Source: Corallochytrium limacisporum Hawaii
Lineage: Eukaryota; Protista; Pluriformea
Length of the DNA stretch: 64,000 nucleotides
Direction of reading: 5' to 3'
Assembly (NCBI GenBank): GCA_002811645.1
Contig: PDIP01000022.1
Span: 107,417 to 171,416, forward strand
This document shows positions 45,801 through 55,302 of this stretch, piece by piece. The stretch's first letter is position 1; every line of letters starts with the position of its first letter. The position numbers were made by a program, and so were the translations under genes. The notes beneath the pieces were generated by a model. The model was not told the DNA's origin and did not search any database. It worked only from the letters and a program-made list of their open reading frames with translations.

Positions 45801-46603
45801 GTTATTGTTACTTTTCCGAGATCCGCTACCTCCTGTTCGATGCCTCGTAGCCTAAGGCACATCACATCGAAAACGTGATCGATGTTTTCTTCCGTGATTA
45901 CGATTGGCGAGCAGAGACAGCGCACGTCGTGGGCAATATCGCCAACTCCTGTTATTTGCAAAATGACGCTCAGCACAATCTCGGGTTGGTACGAAGTAAA
46001 GCCGCCAGGGATAGCAATCGGTCTAACCATGTGGTACAAGAGGACCCGAAGAGCTTCTTTCTGCTCTTCTAACCCAATTCTAGGAAGCCGCCCGGTGTAG
46101 TTCAGGAACAGCTGCGTTGGGCTCATGTCCAGTGAGACAGTCACATGATACCGACGGGAAATAAAGATCACTGAAGTCTCCAAAGTTAATTCCTGTTGGT
46201 AGATTTGCTCGGCGGCCTGACCTGGTATCCCTGTCTCTTGGCTCCGAACGGAATCAGATTTGTCTAACCCGGGTTCTGTAACTGTGGATGCTTCCAGGGA
46301 AGGATTTTGCGCACTACCAGTTGACCAGACACCTGATCCTTGCCCATTGAATGGTATTGTTTCAGTCACCACTCCCAGCACAAAGTGTGAATCCCGTTGT
46401 GCCTTTGCGATGCCTGCATCGCCACTGAATGGAACCATTGTGTTCCCAAGGTTGCGAACAAACCAAGCCATTTGATCTTCTTCTGTGAATTCACCCTCGG
46501 GTAAAAGCACATACACAACGCTTGCCGAAACCTTTGCTTCTAGATCCGACCCCTTGGCCTCCAAGGGGCTTGGCAAAACTTCCACTTGGTCTAGAGTTGC
46601 CAT
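36860..46603 (-). CDS. SZT2: SZT2, KICSTOR scaffold (3247 aa from first ATG; single 9.7 kb ORF)
   Basis: FISRRYHVTVSLDMSP, LIASRAVEGF, RIEYRI, HLPLHQRL, SVTNVRNHFVYQD, ARVHHFCRAPL, HVRSFSYDF match recalled SZT2 blocks; size fits. The ORF-track start at 46639 is GTG. Confidence 0.85.
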   Translation of the reverse strand: MATLDQVEVLPSPLEAKGSDLEAKVSASVVYVLLPEGEFTEEDQMAWFVRNLGNTMVPFSGDAGIAKAQRDSHFVLGVVTETIPFNGQGSGVWSTGSAQNPSLEASTVTEPGLDKSDSVRSQETGIPGQAAEQIYQQELTLETSVIFISRRYHVTVSLDMSPTQLFLNYTGRLPRIGLEEQKEALRVLLYHMVRPIAIPGGFTSYQPEIVLSVILQITGVGDIAHDVRCLCSPIVITEENIDHVFDVMCLRLRGIEQEVADLGKVTITSAKSKTYEERFETETHKYLESLSATVESMRGSADPVALFMVDSCRALGDGRIQFGNAQAEFHRLGVRTSVITSNLAHEIGTSAFGLVPEMDSHRLLAGRLGGYLFLLETINDDQNTAMLDPFPTALYCKPLTRECRRALIMKYQHVDWFSESNLFMRDFDRMTRKPRKSYVLPCSIRTLIASRAVEGFFLIQFQPYVSPETAPLDSENESSPTVMEAVLQLPLNTGLRIEYRIRSKTSHGPYAIGEAWINVSTLEAKDAEDRSPEVKVMLDMIISCDKLLKHFSEFTNFRSGSKTMVLRSENGLFYSTSQGQNIHTQPVPEVAKSFQRLKNLIKPSFAGLKGQDSEFISYWKVLVQMPYHMWYHVLDIKRIMVLYASKATETDTVWTSKVSTDTSQNALYSMLRDWCNIVLIRNQIYIRYIKDESIGVTGFCVLGLSKVTPLMTEMMIGMFNASGALFNETLREIRHRVRQLGNTTGAWGSNVYLPLITEMSSNLLRFGIARKAAADEAARDIKSMIVPSIDGTQYEPPLLSNLQQRRVVQLDFTSMSEVITKCKSRVPSRNMDYYVRIVLGNRLSEAYAPVAKTDTYVTLAKVLQFSKETAIGFLTAEESDTPAICQVTICRPTEDDINSLTVGIWIEPQSGLCDDRNVRGLKWHQIPEVILEEDVRLLRLIVTFDALNIVAAHGFPDSLIFDDKFKVPAYEGVLHVKPSVATLVQGANVQLHRFTELNFSHERSWITKTSPSLINLNEAESQQKAHADAALAQLELVWMTRQVFLRHVIDAGYVHLRCRQAHAQDALLTILKRLERRTSEPVDMDKLLDDAISSDNVIIDILVKARPDGTIIMVVIPNSSQPCSTLADQRKLPFTVGFTEMTPPIIEAMLETGAKESTSLKVSGGGLLSPSPSEDRDINLELSDDGEAQNTADHLKHLHVRSLIDTAYVCMQMGIQFAKEDVERITRHGNEIDFEIDITSFVRRMLTTPASEGTGVVETANASVHASMFAKHFQTVVERNFVPTTAGLFYFTNPPCLSAIFEDVISAKQVRHVADPALVSANKDTGDSSALQTGFHELKPLFLRFECVFRQGNRDGKSFFYTRHVTSLLEGIKDCLSLPEFKDFDLNDPSVDVTLCLVFIVPEDISEDVQLEKLNGRQSHRPTRSGSGGSISERSGESLDSYMLSETDHKHSDVDSEGPEIPNDNDDNDQVLPLDQKLLAIQLHADLRWLVDHQQIDKMMVEGTLSGNDLHFAARHFRTHSPISNLVSSDIIKLELLALERSESSIMKGLKRDPPLGKDWIVQGKIAVLSGSHEVPIVFPRKQSKASDRLAVAGHGELAGSEISGYRSVDTSMQDVGSQFTGPTGSSEAVTELGCEQVQLPGEDVSGNHQPTTMQRYMLVVEFESDRAWLHQYNQPVHGIEVQSVLLTGIVADKIRAIVKHINQGTLLRELHETHHMSPMLMPAGNPLSTASPDRPRKLMNPANSPAQPLRSGEFQCDTLFSVHLPLHQRLPAAQAIGVVNNTLANMSVTNVRNHFVYQDEKTGHIFILRVSESLVRTGEAHDSNLEDQGGSTDLDRSSITRTVPNTPDVLLDESRSDLQMLQGEDDHISMNLSDVFGEDPGTRESLLLEVLGIDEAPEELTVEMVQLLQRRLDQAVITVLSTMLIRNKNLKLYQHDVDFIKQGKEAADNVLSYSIPPEVTHEPRFMRILHERLSRVTSVMPEIVNRNEATTPDVPLLASDNVNTDDWETPNIKYPGRVLRILKQLNGIEGRTGTLLPLERLSTNCMSYVHCSQLPLPYGKTGMKETGGPNGLSHIRVQLFATESEEFLDIGDLTAQNDDEPHNIVVHIWSVGWANMENVVAGLNSLVLATVCIYAQELCLDKLSPVIEIALPPSQNGPGPRHRNRTFRVLNPSYLGSISAIHDAGTALEAPEFRRCTLPSFVPTASRRYFWTHARDRWSSKLSDFHQVSFSAMPIGDPHFILPVLQGDPVGSLSSGQDLNGFHYWIGIKWDSANPATGKSGDDKPIRRTSTFKVDHHRVGMVVIIFTNDNISVMSYDRGGSTHDGVVTVLARHVCWYAIRMRCLNTLTMQKAYHYHAGSEIISAYDLVQQVPSGCRQDCVSSVRLTPATMQMLKVKIDPLSKEETSNYVMRLGRGRGVLHLVQFGELQPPPALSVLEEMNFRGHMYTTLWKSKPPLWNPLLDDPITQHLIETTCAMHKLGSEQSSRSESFLKALDSDKKVQAHLLPMAIALARVHHFCRAPLIILPQPPDNTQLSVYTEENLELLDDIINTYLSYLESVGMDFAGQIDMDHPDTATPSIARAGSKHTHHLMVDSKSIEPDGMLLDPVVGGETGRSDGFVVVRSYMQRGSTGGIILVEVGYQDNFLLVNIYALEIMRLKLDGQRDRLPVQSGKVRKGMSRNVRLGKLFDQEIAKTKEMLHVRSFSYDFQIHFFQALIQELVQPGSGVRLDEGMDYLLMHYPQPTIYCNNLLYKWSATYTFGGGRPSDGESLTDYVIRRAADFEFVRLNHLPLKSKGNGEVLDFICYTDDYQDGTIESGSERDVRKSGSSHSVGSGGTPRTSKGLEIAQAAISMCAYRYQVLVMFQGDEHNTEEDTVRNKLHFTAYLLANDLLNHFPMHLTGGPDGHPLSQQRREYRDSCFEHLRQVTREKVTDLLYNIQRCHSVDAFWYHARSELPNAELNRATFAEICQEMEIVDAAQLDPRLQRLATMPIHWRGCFNFLRSRFPDLCRSMSASDSADGVTRNGEMLVLITPHTESAAIVLETDPRWDLYDVEASLLRRAALVDVQPLLTVRILFRQDLKQKISDKLGRSPAMARASKGNIYIDEVVNAILSFSSISTGCLWTDWLQDLWIPPSGSASSDFASGTPLRQMLSPDASSPPASPRTLNLSGVLPMTPPIAVGTPRDMSSSSLGSPNPVSPRTRHLSNNSSSLRNVTSRGSMGDGGSGGGESGRWRQQFPSESTEDTGP

Positions 46604-47008
46604 TCTGAATGCGTAAAGGCAGTGCGCTCTGTTGCGCACGGACCAAATCTATCGGCTATGTCAATCGCATACTTCCCATGATTATTGACGGAACATCAGC
46701 AGATTCAGCGCCAGATTCATATGGAATTTATATTTTGGACTAGACCAGCAACTATCGTGACCGAAAGCAACAGGCCAAAGTACGAAATACCCAACCGGTA
46801 CCCTGCTAGGGGCTGTGAGGGACCTTCCCGCCGTCCCTACACAGTTTGGAGTAGACAAACGAATTGCTCCCCCTCCCTTGTATTTCCTGGATTGTTTGGG
46901 TTTAGGAGGCGTTGTACGGCCGACCTTATATATGGTTACTTTATGAAAATGTGATCGTTTATGTCATGTTCATGCTACGCAATGTTTCGAATACGATGCT
47001 TGTTGTGC

Positions 47009-47475
47009 TCAATCGTCCAAAGATATGCGACGAACCTTCTTGCGCAGAGATGCACGGGCTTGACGGTCCTTTGCTTCAGCAGCGGCACGCTCTTGGGCCC
47101 TCTCAACCATGCGATCGTAGCTAGTCTTCGTATCTTCCACAACTTTAGGTGCATCTTCCAAGATCCAAGGGTGTTTTGAAATGTAGTCTTCTTCTTTTGC
47201 ATAAAATGTGTACTTGAGGTCATCGGTGCCTCCCATGCGCCGCTTCAATTTGATTGTAGACCCGTCCGACAGCACATACGTCCATTCTTCCATGGGATAC
47301 TTCAAGTATCTCCTAACATTCCGACTGTATCATACAAAGAAAGGTTTGCAAAATCCGGGTTAGTCATACAATTCTACAATAAAGATGATAGTGAACAGCA
47401 ATTGAATACCTACATCTGTGACAGAAGGCCTGTCCGTGACACCATCTGCTCAGGGAGCAGTCGGAGCTGATTCAT
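47009..47475 (-). CDS. Mitoribosomal bL31m/mL55-like protein, 2 exons (47475-47414, 47324-47009; 125 aa)
   Basis: Spliced product MNQLRLLPEQMVSRTGLLSQIRNVRRYLKYPMEEWTYVLSDGSTIKLKRR...; presequence-like start; V-L-x-DGST motif and downstream HPW typical of bL31. Confidence 0.7.
47325..47413 (-). other. 89-nt spliceosomal intron
   Basis: GTAGGT donor, TGACTAAC branch site (47359-47366), TACAG acceptor; joins the ATG exon in frame to the downstream ORF. Confidence 0.8.
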
Positions 47476-48537
47476 GGTCTTATAGCGAGTTTCCCTATTT
47501 ATGTGATATATCTGGTAGTTTAGACTGATCACATTGTCATATTTTCATGCCCTTTCATCTCACAATAATAAATGAAAGTGATCGATCCTTAAGTGGACAG
47601 TACCATCCATTCTCCAAGTACCATACAACCTGTGTTTGCAGACCCACTCTTCGGGCCACACAAAGTCGGATGCACACGCGAGCCCCATCCCCCCCCCCCC
47701 GGGCTCTGGAGAGGGAATTAAAAACTGTTACCCTAATATTTATTAAATGAATTAGACCAGCCCCCCTCCGGGAGACAACGGGAGCAATGGTGCAATTAAC
47801 CAAGCCTTAATACACCCCACACTTACCGCTCATCGCCGCCAAAACACTAGCATCCGTTCTTTTCCCGTGTTCTTGGCAGCAGCGGTAAACGTTACACTGG
47901 CACCGCCAGAGGCTGGGGTCGACCGTCTTCCACTCTCGGAGGGCTCAAGAGGTGAGTGCGGCAGCCTAATTTTTTGGCTTTTTTTTTTTGGGCGACTGAA
48001 TACGCAGATGGGTTGGTTGCGGGCGACGACTTTGGCTACAGTTCCCTCATTTTTTTTCTTTTTCTTTTTTTTTTTTCGCCTGTAATCGCTGGCCATCTCT
48101 ACGGATGGCGTGCAGTGACAGGCGAACTCCCTCTTCCTTCCGTTGGTTGGGACTATTAACGACTCAACGATAGCGGGAGAATTGGCAATGGTGAAAGGCA
48201 GAAGGTTGAAAGCCCACAAATGGCCCATAAGGGAAAGGGAAGGGGGGGGGGGATACGCAGGGTTCATTTGGCCGGGAGTTGAGTGACAAGAATGAACGAG
48301 CCACCACTTCGCGTTTTCCTCTTCATTCATTTTCTTTTTGGTACGCCTGCGCGACTGCAGCCGGCGTCGGAGTCGGTACTGAATATATGGACTAGTGGTG
48401 TGGTTCTTGTGCGCAGAGAGTTGGTCCGCGTCATCCGCAGGAGGAAACGAGGAAACCGCGTAACCAATGCCCAGCTTTTGCGCTTCTGTCCCTCTTCACA
48501 CACCGCCCCGGCACTTAGCAGAAACTTCCCCCCCCCC

Positions 48538-48623
48538 NNNNNNNNNNNNNNNNNNNNNNNNNNNNNNNNNNNNNNNNNNNNNNNNNNNNNNNNNNNNNNN
48601 NNNNNNNNNNNNNNNNNNNNNNN
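48538..48623. other. Assembly gap (N run) after a C tract
   Basis: N run. Confidence 0.99.
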
Positions 48624-49211
48624 TTCTCCTCCCCTGCCCTCCTCTTGCCGCCCATTCCAACCGAGCGAGATGGACAGGGAGAGGTAAAGCCCAGATCCCA
48701 AAACACTCGCAAGTTTTTGCAAGGAGGAGGAACACCTACCGGAAAATGACGAGTAAGGAAGGGCAGAGGTTTAGCCCAAACGCCCGTACCTATGCTTCGG
48801 TCCCGACGCGGTAGAGCGCGAAAGTGGGGGTCGCAGAATCTGCCGGAAGCCAGGGCGGTTCGAGGTGTCAGTGCAGTTGCGCAACGAAAAGACGACGCAG
48901 TATACTGTGCCGTTCGGACGAACATCGGGTCGGTTTTTGCGTGACGTATTGGACATTACCATGACTTATTTTTGCATCGCGTGCGCTATGTTTTGACGTC
49001 AGGAAGGTATTGAAGGAGTCTCTGCATATCTGCCCCAGGCTTATTGCAATCTATTTCGTAGATTCTGTTTTTGTGTGTGTCTCCACCACGTAATAACACA
49101 TCGTGACACCAGTCTTACGAAGTATGAGGGTGTATACGTATTGTTGTCTTGCGGGATAGTACGAATTAGAGAAAATGGCATAACGGATATACACAGTGGT
49201 TCCAAGACACA

Positions 49212-51575
49212 ATGGGAATAAGTGAATCTACGCTTCGGTTAAGGTCCTCCTTAGGGCGCTTGACAGCGAATGATCCAGAAGCACTTCTCGACAGTGCGTT
49301 ATGGGATACGATTCTGGATGGAAACAAGACCTATGATGAGATTTATCAGAGCACAATTTTGTCAGAACTGCGGGACATTCGTAACAATGCACCACAAAAT
49401 CTTCGGATAATATGCAAAAAGATAGTAGAACAACTTTACGAGGTGGCTTCAAAACGGAAAGAAGGCGCGACAGAGTACGACTTTGCGCAAGTCAAAACAT
49501 GTGTGCGTCTAATCACTCGCCTGGTGCCAGTGATCTTTGAAGCAACTGACGATGAAGAAACATTTGAGGATAGCATAGAATACTACGTGTTTTGGACCCC
49601 TCCGAACAAACGGACGTCGTCGTTCAGTAGTGTTAGTAGTGTTGGCGAACCACACAGACTGCCGCCGGGTAAGTGCTTGGGTGAAGTTCTGATTGACAGT
49701 CTGGGACAGTTGGCGTTTTTCCCTGGGTATACCATCCCAAATTCTCTTGGAACAGACCCAAAGAGCGTCATCTGGGAGGTCGGTATCGGTGTCGACTACA
49801 TTGAGAGTGCCAACTCAGCCATTGAAGCAAATCGGGCGGACATTTTGAGGGCTTTCTTAGCTTGCTTCAGCCGGATTCTGAACTCTAAACCCATGAAATA
49901 CAATGCACGGGAGAACCGATGGCTTGGGTACTTTGCTAGCCACAACAACAGGCTTGCATTACCCTTCTTCCTCAGCTTGCTGAACACTGTATGTTCTTAT
50001 GACCCAGTCGGCTACGGACTACCTTACAGTTACATGTTCGTGGAAAACAGAGATCCGTTGATCAGTTTATGTATTTCAACCTTGAATGTCCTGTTGGATC
50101 ATGACATTCATGCCCGAGTCAAGAGGGGCGAGAATGCGGACCAGATGCCAGAAGGAAATCCCATCGGCTCACCAAAGGTGGAAACGAGCGACCAGAACAA
50201 TGTATCTGAAAGCAAGACCGAATCTGCAACGCGACCGGATCCATCACAGCCTAAAGCAGGTGACAAGCCCAAACCAAATGTTGGTACCGAAATCACCCGC
50301 TTTCAGTATGCAAATGTGTTTTGTGATTTCCTCAGTCGCTTGCACCGTCCTGATGACCTGCGCTTTGCCCTGCTCGGTTTCATTCGACTGATCAAGAACC
50401 CCTTCCGGAAGGTGTATTTGCCGGGTGCTGCGCGCCTCGTCTCCTTCTATCAGGAACTGTTAATCCTCTTCTGGAAGTTTTGCGATCTGAACAGGTCATT
50501 TCTGTACTTCCTGTTGAAGAGCAACCATGTGATTGATATCAGCCTGCCACTACTGGGGTTCGTTGATCGGCATAGGCATGAAGTACAGTACACGGGTCTG
50601 ACCCATCTCTGTATTTTCATTCTACTGCTGCTGAGTGGGGAGCGAAATTTTGGTGTAAGACTGAACCGGGCGTATTCGCCATCTGTTGAATTCGATCTCT
50701 TGAATCTGCGTGGTAACTATGCGGACCTGCTGATTCTTGTGTTCCATCACTTGATCACCTCGGGCCACGAGCAACTGGACAGTTTGTACGACTGCATGCT
50801 CACAATCATTGTCAACATCAGCCCGTACATCAAGTCGCTAAATCGCCAATCTGCCTCCAAACTGCTGCACCTGTTCGAGCTGTTCTCAAGCCCGAAGTAC
50901 GTACTAAGTGCGCCAAACAACCATCATCTTGTGTTCTTCTTACTGGAAATCTTCAACAACCTCATCCAATATCAGTTTGATGGCAATGCCAATGTGGTAT
51001 ACTGCATTGTGCGGCGCCGCAGGGCATTTGATGCGCTAGCCAACCTGCACGTTGGAATGTCGCAGCAGGGTAGTGGCGATCTAGCAGGTAATGTCGGCAT
51101 GCGCAACACCCTTACGCGGGGGTCAGCAGTGTACACTAAGGCGTTCTCCACCCAGCCCAAGAACGAGACTCTGGGAAGCTACAATCCCCGGGATCCTATC
51201 ACTCCGAGCAACATCAATGAAGCGGACATAGACGAGAAGGGTCTGCAGGAGTGGGTACCGACAAAGGAATGGCTGCAGAGCTGGAAGTCCAAGCTGCCGC
51301 TGCATACCATCGCGCGTCTCTTACAGGTTTTAGTACCGCAAGTTGATAAGCTAATCAACGAAAAAGGTATCAGCGATGAGCAGCAAATTGTGGACTTTTT
51401 GAAGAACGGCACATTGGTCGGGCTGCTGCCAGTGCCACATCCAATTCTGATTCGCAAATACCAGAGCACGAGCGGTACGAACCTGTGGTTCACAGTCTTT
51501 GCGTGGAGTATTATCTACGTGCGTAGCGACTCGCCTTGCATATGGGAAGGATTGGACATCCAGCTCTTCAATTGA
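49212..51575 (+). CDS. HID1: HID1 (Dymeclin/HID1 family Golgi protein; 787 aa)
   Basis: MG start (myristoylation-compatible); IWEVGIG, SLLNTVCSYDP, LLLSGERNFGVRLN, EIFNNLIQYQFDGN, WKSKLPL, GTLVGLLPVPHPILIRKY. Confidence 0.95.
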   Translation: MGISESTLRLRSSLGRLTANDPEALLDSALWDTILDGNKTYDEIYQSTILSELRDIRNNAPQNLRIICKKIVEQLYEVASKRKEGATEYDFAQVKTCVRLITRLVPVIFEATDDEETFEDSIEYYVFWTPPNKRTSSFSSVSSVGEPHRLPPGKCLGEVLIDSLGQLAFFPGYTIPNSLGTDPKSVIWEVGIGVDYIESANSAIEANRADILRAFLACFSRILNSKPMKYNARENRWLGYFASHNNRLALPFFLSLLNTVCSYDPVGYGLPYSYMFVENRDPLISLCISTLNVLLDHDIHARVKRGENADQMPEGNPIGSPKVETSDQNNVSESKTESATRPDPSQPKAGDKPKPNVGTEITRFQYANVFCDFLSRLHRPDDLRFALLGFIRLIKNPFRKVYLPGAARLVSFYQELLILFWKFCDLNRSFLYFLLKSNHVIDISLPLLGFVDRHRHEVQYTGLTHLCIFILLLLSGERNFGVRLNRAYSPSVEFDLLNLRGNYADLLILVFHHLITSGHEQLDSLYDCMLTIIVNISPYIKSLNRQSASKLLHLFELFSSPKYVLSAPNNHHLVFFLLEIFNNLIQYQFDGNANVVYCIVRRRRAFDALANLHVGMSQQGSGDLAGNVGMRNTLTRGSAVYTKAFSTQPKNETLGSYNPRDPITPSNINEADIDEKGLQEWVPTKEWLQSWKSKLPLHTIARLLQVLVPQVDKLINEKGISDEQQIVDFLKNGTLVGLLPVPHPILIRKYQSTSGTNLWFTVFAWSIIYVRSDSPCIWEGLDIQLFN

Positions 51576-51650
51576 ACAAACACTGTTTCCAATGTAAACA
51601 ATCTAAATGTACGCTATGTCATGTTATTTGAGATATATGCAACTAGTCTG

Positions 51651-52175
51651 TTAGAATGACGATGCCGAAGACGAGATTGATGGCGATATGGATACACGCT
51701 TCTTATCAATTTCATGCTTGGGAATAGGGCCTGCCTTGTCCAGGGGCCACAGCCGCCAAACTGCAACCGCCCGCACCATGCCCAGAGGGATTGGTCCGTA
51801 GAAATTGCTATCCTTGCTATTCCGCAAGTTGTCACCTTCCATCCATGCATGGCCTGCAGGTATGTCAACCTTGCCAATGTAGGGCTCTCGACGCATCACA
51901 GTCTCACCATGAGTTGCACAGATTCGTTTGATAACCGACGACCGAGGCTCGTCTGGAAGCGCCATCACAACGACATCGCCCTTTTCGTAGTTGTGCCGAC
52001 GGGCGGTCCATTTGTTGAGTAAAATTATTTCATTGTCCCGAGATTCCGCATTTAAGGATGGCTGCATGCTGTCGCCCTTGACCAGCGCTAGGGAAAAGAA
52101 ACAATCCGTAAATGCCAGACATACTGGCACTGTGTACCACAGCGCGCGGACAGCATCTCTGATTGCTTGGCGCAT
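51651..52175 (-). CDS. IMMP2L: Mitochondrial inner membrane peptidase subunit (IMP2-like, S26; 174 aa)
   Basis: GDSMQPSLN (Ser), GDVVV, IKRI (Lys), GHAWMEGDN..NSKDS..YGPIPLG. Confidence 0.85.
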   Translation of the reverse strand: MRQAIRDAVRALWYTVPVCLAFTDCFFSLALVKGDSMQPSLNAESRDNEIILLNKWTARRHNYEKGDVVVMALPDEPRSSVIKRICATHGETVMRREPYIGKVDIPAGHAWMEGDNLRNSKDSNFYGPIPLGMVRAVAVWRLWPLDKAGPIPKHEIDKKRVSISPSISSSASSF

Positions 52176-52858
52176 TGCTCCGGCGTCATCACCCTCGAGA
52201 CACGAGGTTCACTATTATATCTTTTGCTTCTTGATTGCTACTCCCTTACATATTCATACATCCTTAAAAATAGAATCATGCCACTCTGAATTGTATTCTT
52301 TGTGGTTACAATTTGACCGTACATTGCAGACAGGCACACCTCCCAAGGATTCCTTGTATTCAATCCCTTGCTTTAACTCTAAAAGTACCCAACAAAAAGA
52401 TCTCGCAGAATTTTTGTCGACAAAAAAATGATGGAAATGTATGCAAAATTTATGTGATTATGTTGTCATCCTAGGATTGGGAAATGGACATGGGATGAAG
52501 AAAGGGAACAGAGGCTCATCGCACCGTCACCCAAGCTTGAACCGCTGACCCGGGGGTGCGGTTGCAAGGCTCCACCGGCCCTCCGCGTTTCCCCGGGGGG
52601 CAGTTTGTGTCGGTTGGGGGGACCGTATGAGGAGAGGGGGTAGAGGTTGCTGGCAATGCAGTAGAGAATAGCCACTGCTTCATCAGGCCTCCATTGGTCC
52701 ATGAGAGCACCATGGAGCATCCTACATGAGTAACATGACTCTGTGAGGATCAGCTTAGCTCCTGGATGTTCAGACCAAGTACGACATTGTCACTGTTCGT
52801 TCTGTGGAAACTGGATCGGGCTCTATTCACCAGTGTTAGAAGGAGACCATCTCGCTAC

Positions 52859-52954
52859 CTAGGCAGCAGCGCAGAGCTGGCAACCAACACAGCAGAAGAG
52901 TGCTCCGACGCAGATGAAGAGCATCTTGAAGGGAAGGAAGATAAGTCCGAGCAT
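52859..52954 (-). CDS. Cys-rich hydrophobic microprotein A, 31 aa: MLGLIFLPFKMLFICVGALFCCVGCQLCAAA
   Basis: Hand-translated (below the ORF-track cutoff); paralogous to 55303-55401; A/C-rich leader; shared upstream and downstream motifs. Confidence 0.8.
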   Translation of the reverse strand: MLGLIFLPFKMLFICVGALFCCVGCQLCAAA

Positions 52955-53048
52955 GTTGAATGTGTTTGCGTTTGCTTATTGCTGATATCGTATGATATTC
53001 TGTACTTGTTCTGTTCAATGTCCTAGGTAGATCAGCGACCCGGATCTC

Positions 53049-53060
53049 CTTAAATACGTT
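53049..53060 (-). promoter_or_regulatory. TATA-like 12-mer AACGTATTTAAG upstream of microprotein A
   Basis: Identical 12-mer at an equivalent distance upstream of microprotein B. Confidence 0.6.
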
Positions 53061-55302
53061 AAGGCCAGCCCTTATCCTCTACTTCATCTCTAACACAAGT
53101 GATTGTAACATCGCTGATGAGTATCAATGCCGCCGATAGACCCTATGTGAAACACATATTCGTCAATCGCTAGCACCGGGTCAAAACCCCTGAACCCCCT
53201 TTTCCCCATCTTGATGTTCAAACACCCCCCCCCCCTTTTTCAATTGCGAAGCGACCTCTCAAGCAAGACGGGTATTGAATGGCTTGGGGTACTGAGAAGA
53301 AGCAGAAAAGAGAAGGGGGGGGGGAATCGATGGGCCACTGCTCCACCCTGCTCAACTTGTGGTCAAAAAATCAATGAAGTCACCACTGGGCCGAAAAAGA
53401 ATATCTTCCTCCGGTTGTCAATATACCACCACCAGCCGCAACTGTAAATCCACACTATAGTTTCAGACCTACTTGCAACTGCCAATTGTGCTCGCATAAA
53501 CGAAGGAGATGGACATCGTCCGTCGTACATGTGCGCCAACGGACACCTACAATATGCAATGGGCTCGGAATGATGTATAACGTAATAGTCATGTAGTTCC
53601 AACCCTTGCCTCTGTTCCTTCGGACGGGCTGACTCGATTGCCAGCTCCACAGAATCGTTGGCAAGTATATGGTGCCTCAGTAGCAATGGCAGCTATCACC
53701 AAGTACTACCTACGTCAACCACAGCAGTGCAGCCCCGACATAGTTGGACTTGAGATTGATTGTGATATGTGTATGGCCCACAGAGAGTTGCGATGGAATG
53801 TAGTTTTAGACTTGCCAAAAGCGACCATAGCTATCGGAACTCCCACCAACGCTTGCGCCTGCGCGCTGAAATGTGTGCTTACTCCAAAAATTGTCGACAA
53901 GGATGCCAATCACAGAGAGCACCGGGTACTCAAATGCCTGGTCATGCAGCCCATCGGCTCCCGGCCACCCAACACCATCCCACACTCAGCAGAAGCACGA
54001 AGTTATGCTCGGTCCCACCTGCCGCGTTTGGCAGTTTCCTCTCCGCACCACTCGTTCTCCTCACCTAAGCCGGTCGCTTCTACACCCCCCCCCCTTCCAC
54101 CCCACCGCTTCCCCGCCGTTGTCTTACTCTCGGGAGGCTGGGTGTAACGGAATAAATTACACGTTTTGCTCTGAGTGTGTTAACCCCCCCGGGGCCCCCG
54201 CTTGGGAAAGGTACCTTAAAGCTTTTGAACATGAGTGAATTACGTAGGGGACCGAAATCAAAAAAATATTTTCACCAACCCCAGGTGCGAAAGCCCCATA
54301 CATGTACTATAAAGTATATGTCTCTCAACCATGGAAGTTCATATCCATTCCTCTGCGTAGGCAATGAGAGATATCGTTGTGTGCTGATGGAAAAATTTTA
54401 CTTCAATGATGATCAAAGCAGAAGAAAAGCTGTATATTCATTATCGAAAATTCAACACCTGGTGATGATAAGGACCTTGCACACGCTTCGTCTGCGTTGG
54501 CTAGGATGAGATACAGATAAGTCCAGATATTGGCAACAGCGTACGCGTACACGCTAGCCTTCATTACAGTGAGTTGTTTGCTGGCCGAGCGGAGGCGGTA
54601 ACATTGAACAATAACGGACACAAGATAGTACTGGCAGTGGCATCTAGTGACAAGCGTTACGCATGTTGTGTCCATCCTCAAGCCCCGCTGGTCCGCTGCT
54701 GTCGTTGCGCACTGGGGCGAGTCTCTGAAACTTTGGCGCCGGTTCCGTCCTCAGGCCAAACCCGATTTCCTCATTGTTGTGATTGGCTTCACGTCTACTA
54801 CCATTCTCTTGGACAATAAGATAAACTCCAAATAGATCAGCACTGTGTGACCTGCCCCTTGGACGTCAATCTTCATGATCAGTGACAATAGCTACCTGAC
54901 GTTGGTGTACAGGTTAGACTTCATTGACCATGTAGGCCGTGGTAAAGATTTTGGAGCGGACATAAGTAGTTTAATGTAGTATTAGTTGCATGAAATATAC
55001 GATAATGGTGTCTATAATTCGGAAATGTGTATGCTATATGTGGATCTACAGAGGTTGAGTGACTGACAAAATTTCATCAGGACCAAGAAAAGTGCCAAGG
55101 GGAGAGACACGGGGCACCGTCACCTAACCTATGTGGGAGAAGGTCAGGGTTAGAGAGCCGAAAATGACTGGCGTCACCGGCTTCCATTGGTTCGGCAAAA
55201 TCAAACCAAGTGCGACGTAGGTAAAACTCTCCAAATTCTTTTGTTGTTGTGGAAACTGACCGTCGGTCAGGGTGTGGTTGTGGTACTGAGTTGACTGTTC
55301 AA

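Noticed and set aside
12909-51575. Functional clustering of endomembrane genes (synaptojanin, Mon1, SZT2, HID1)
   Set aside because: Interspersed with unrelated housekeeping genes; no evidence of a cluster
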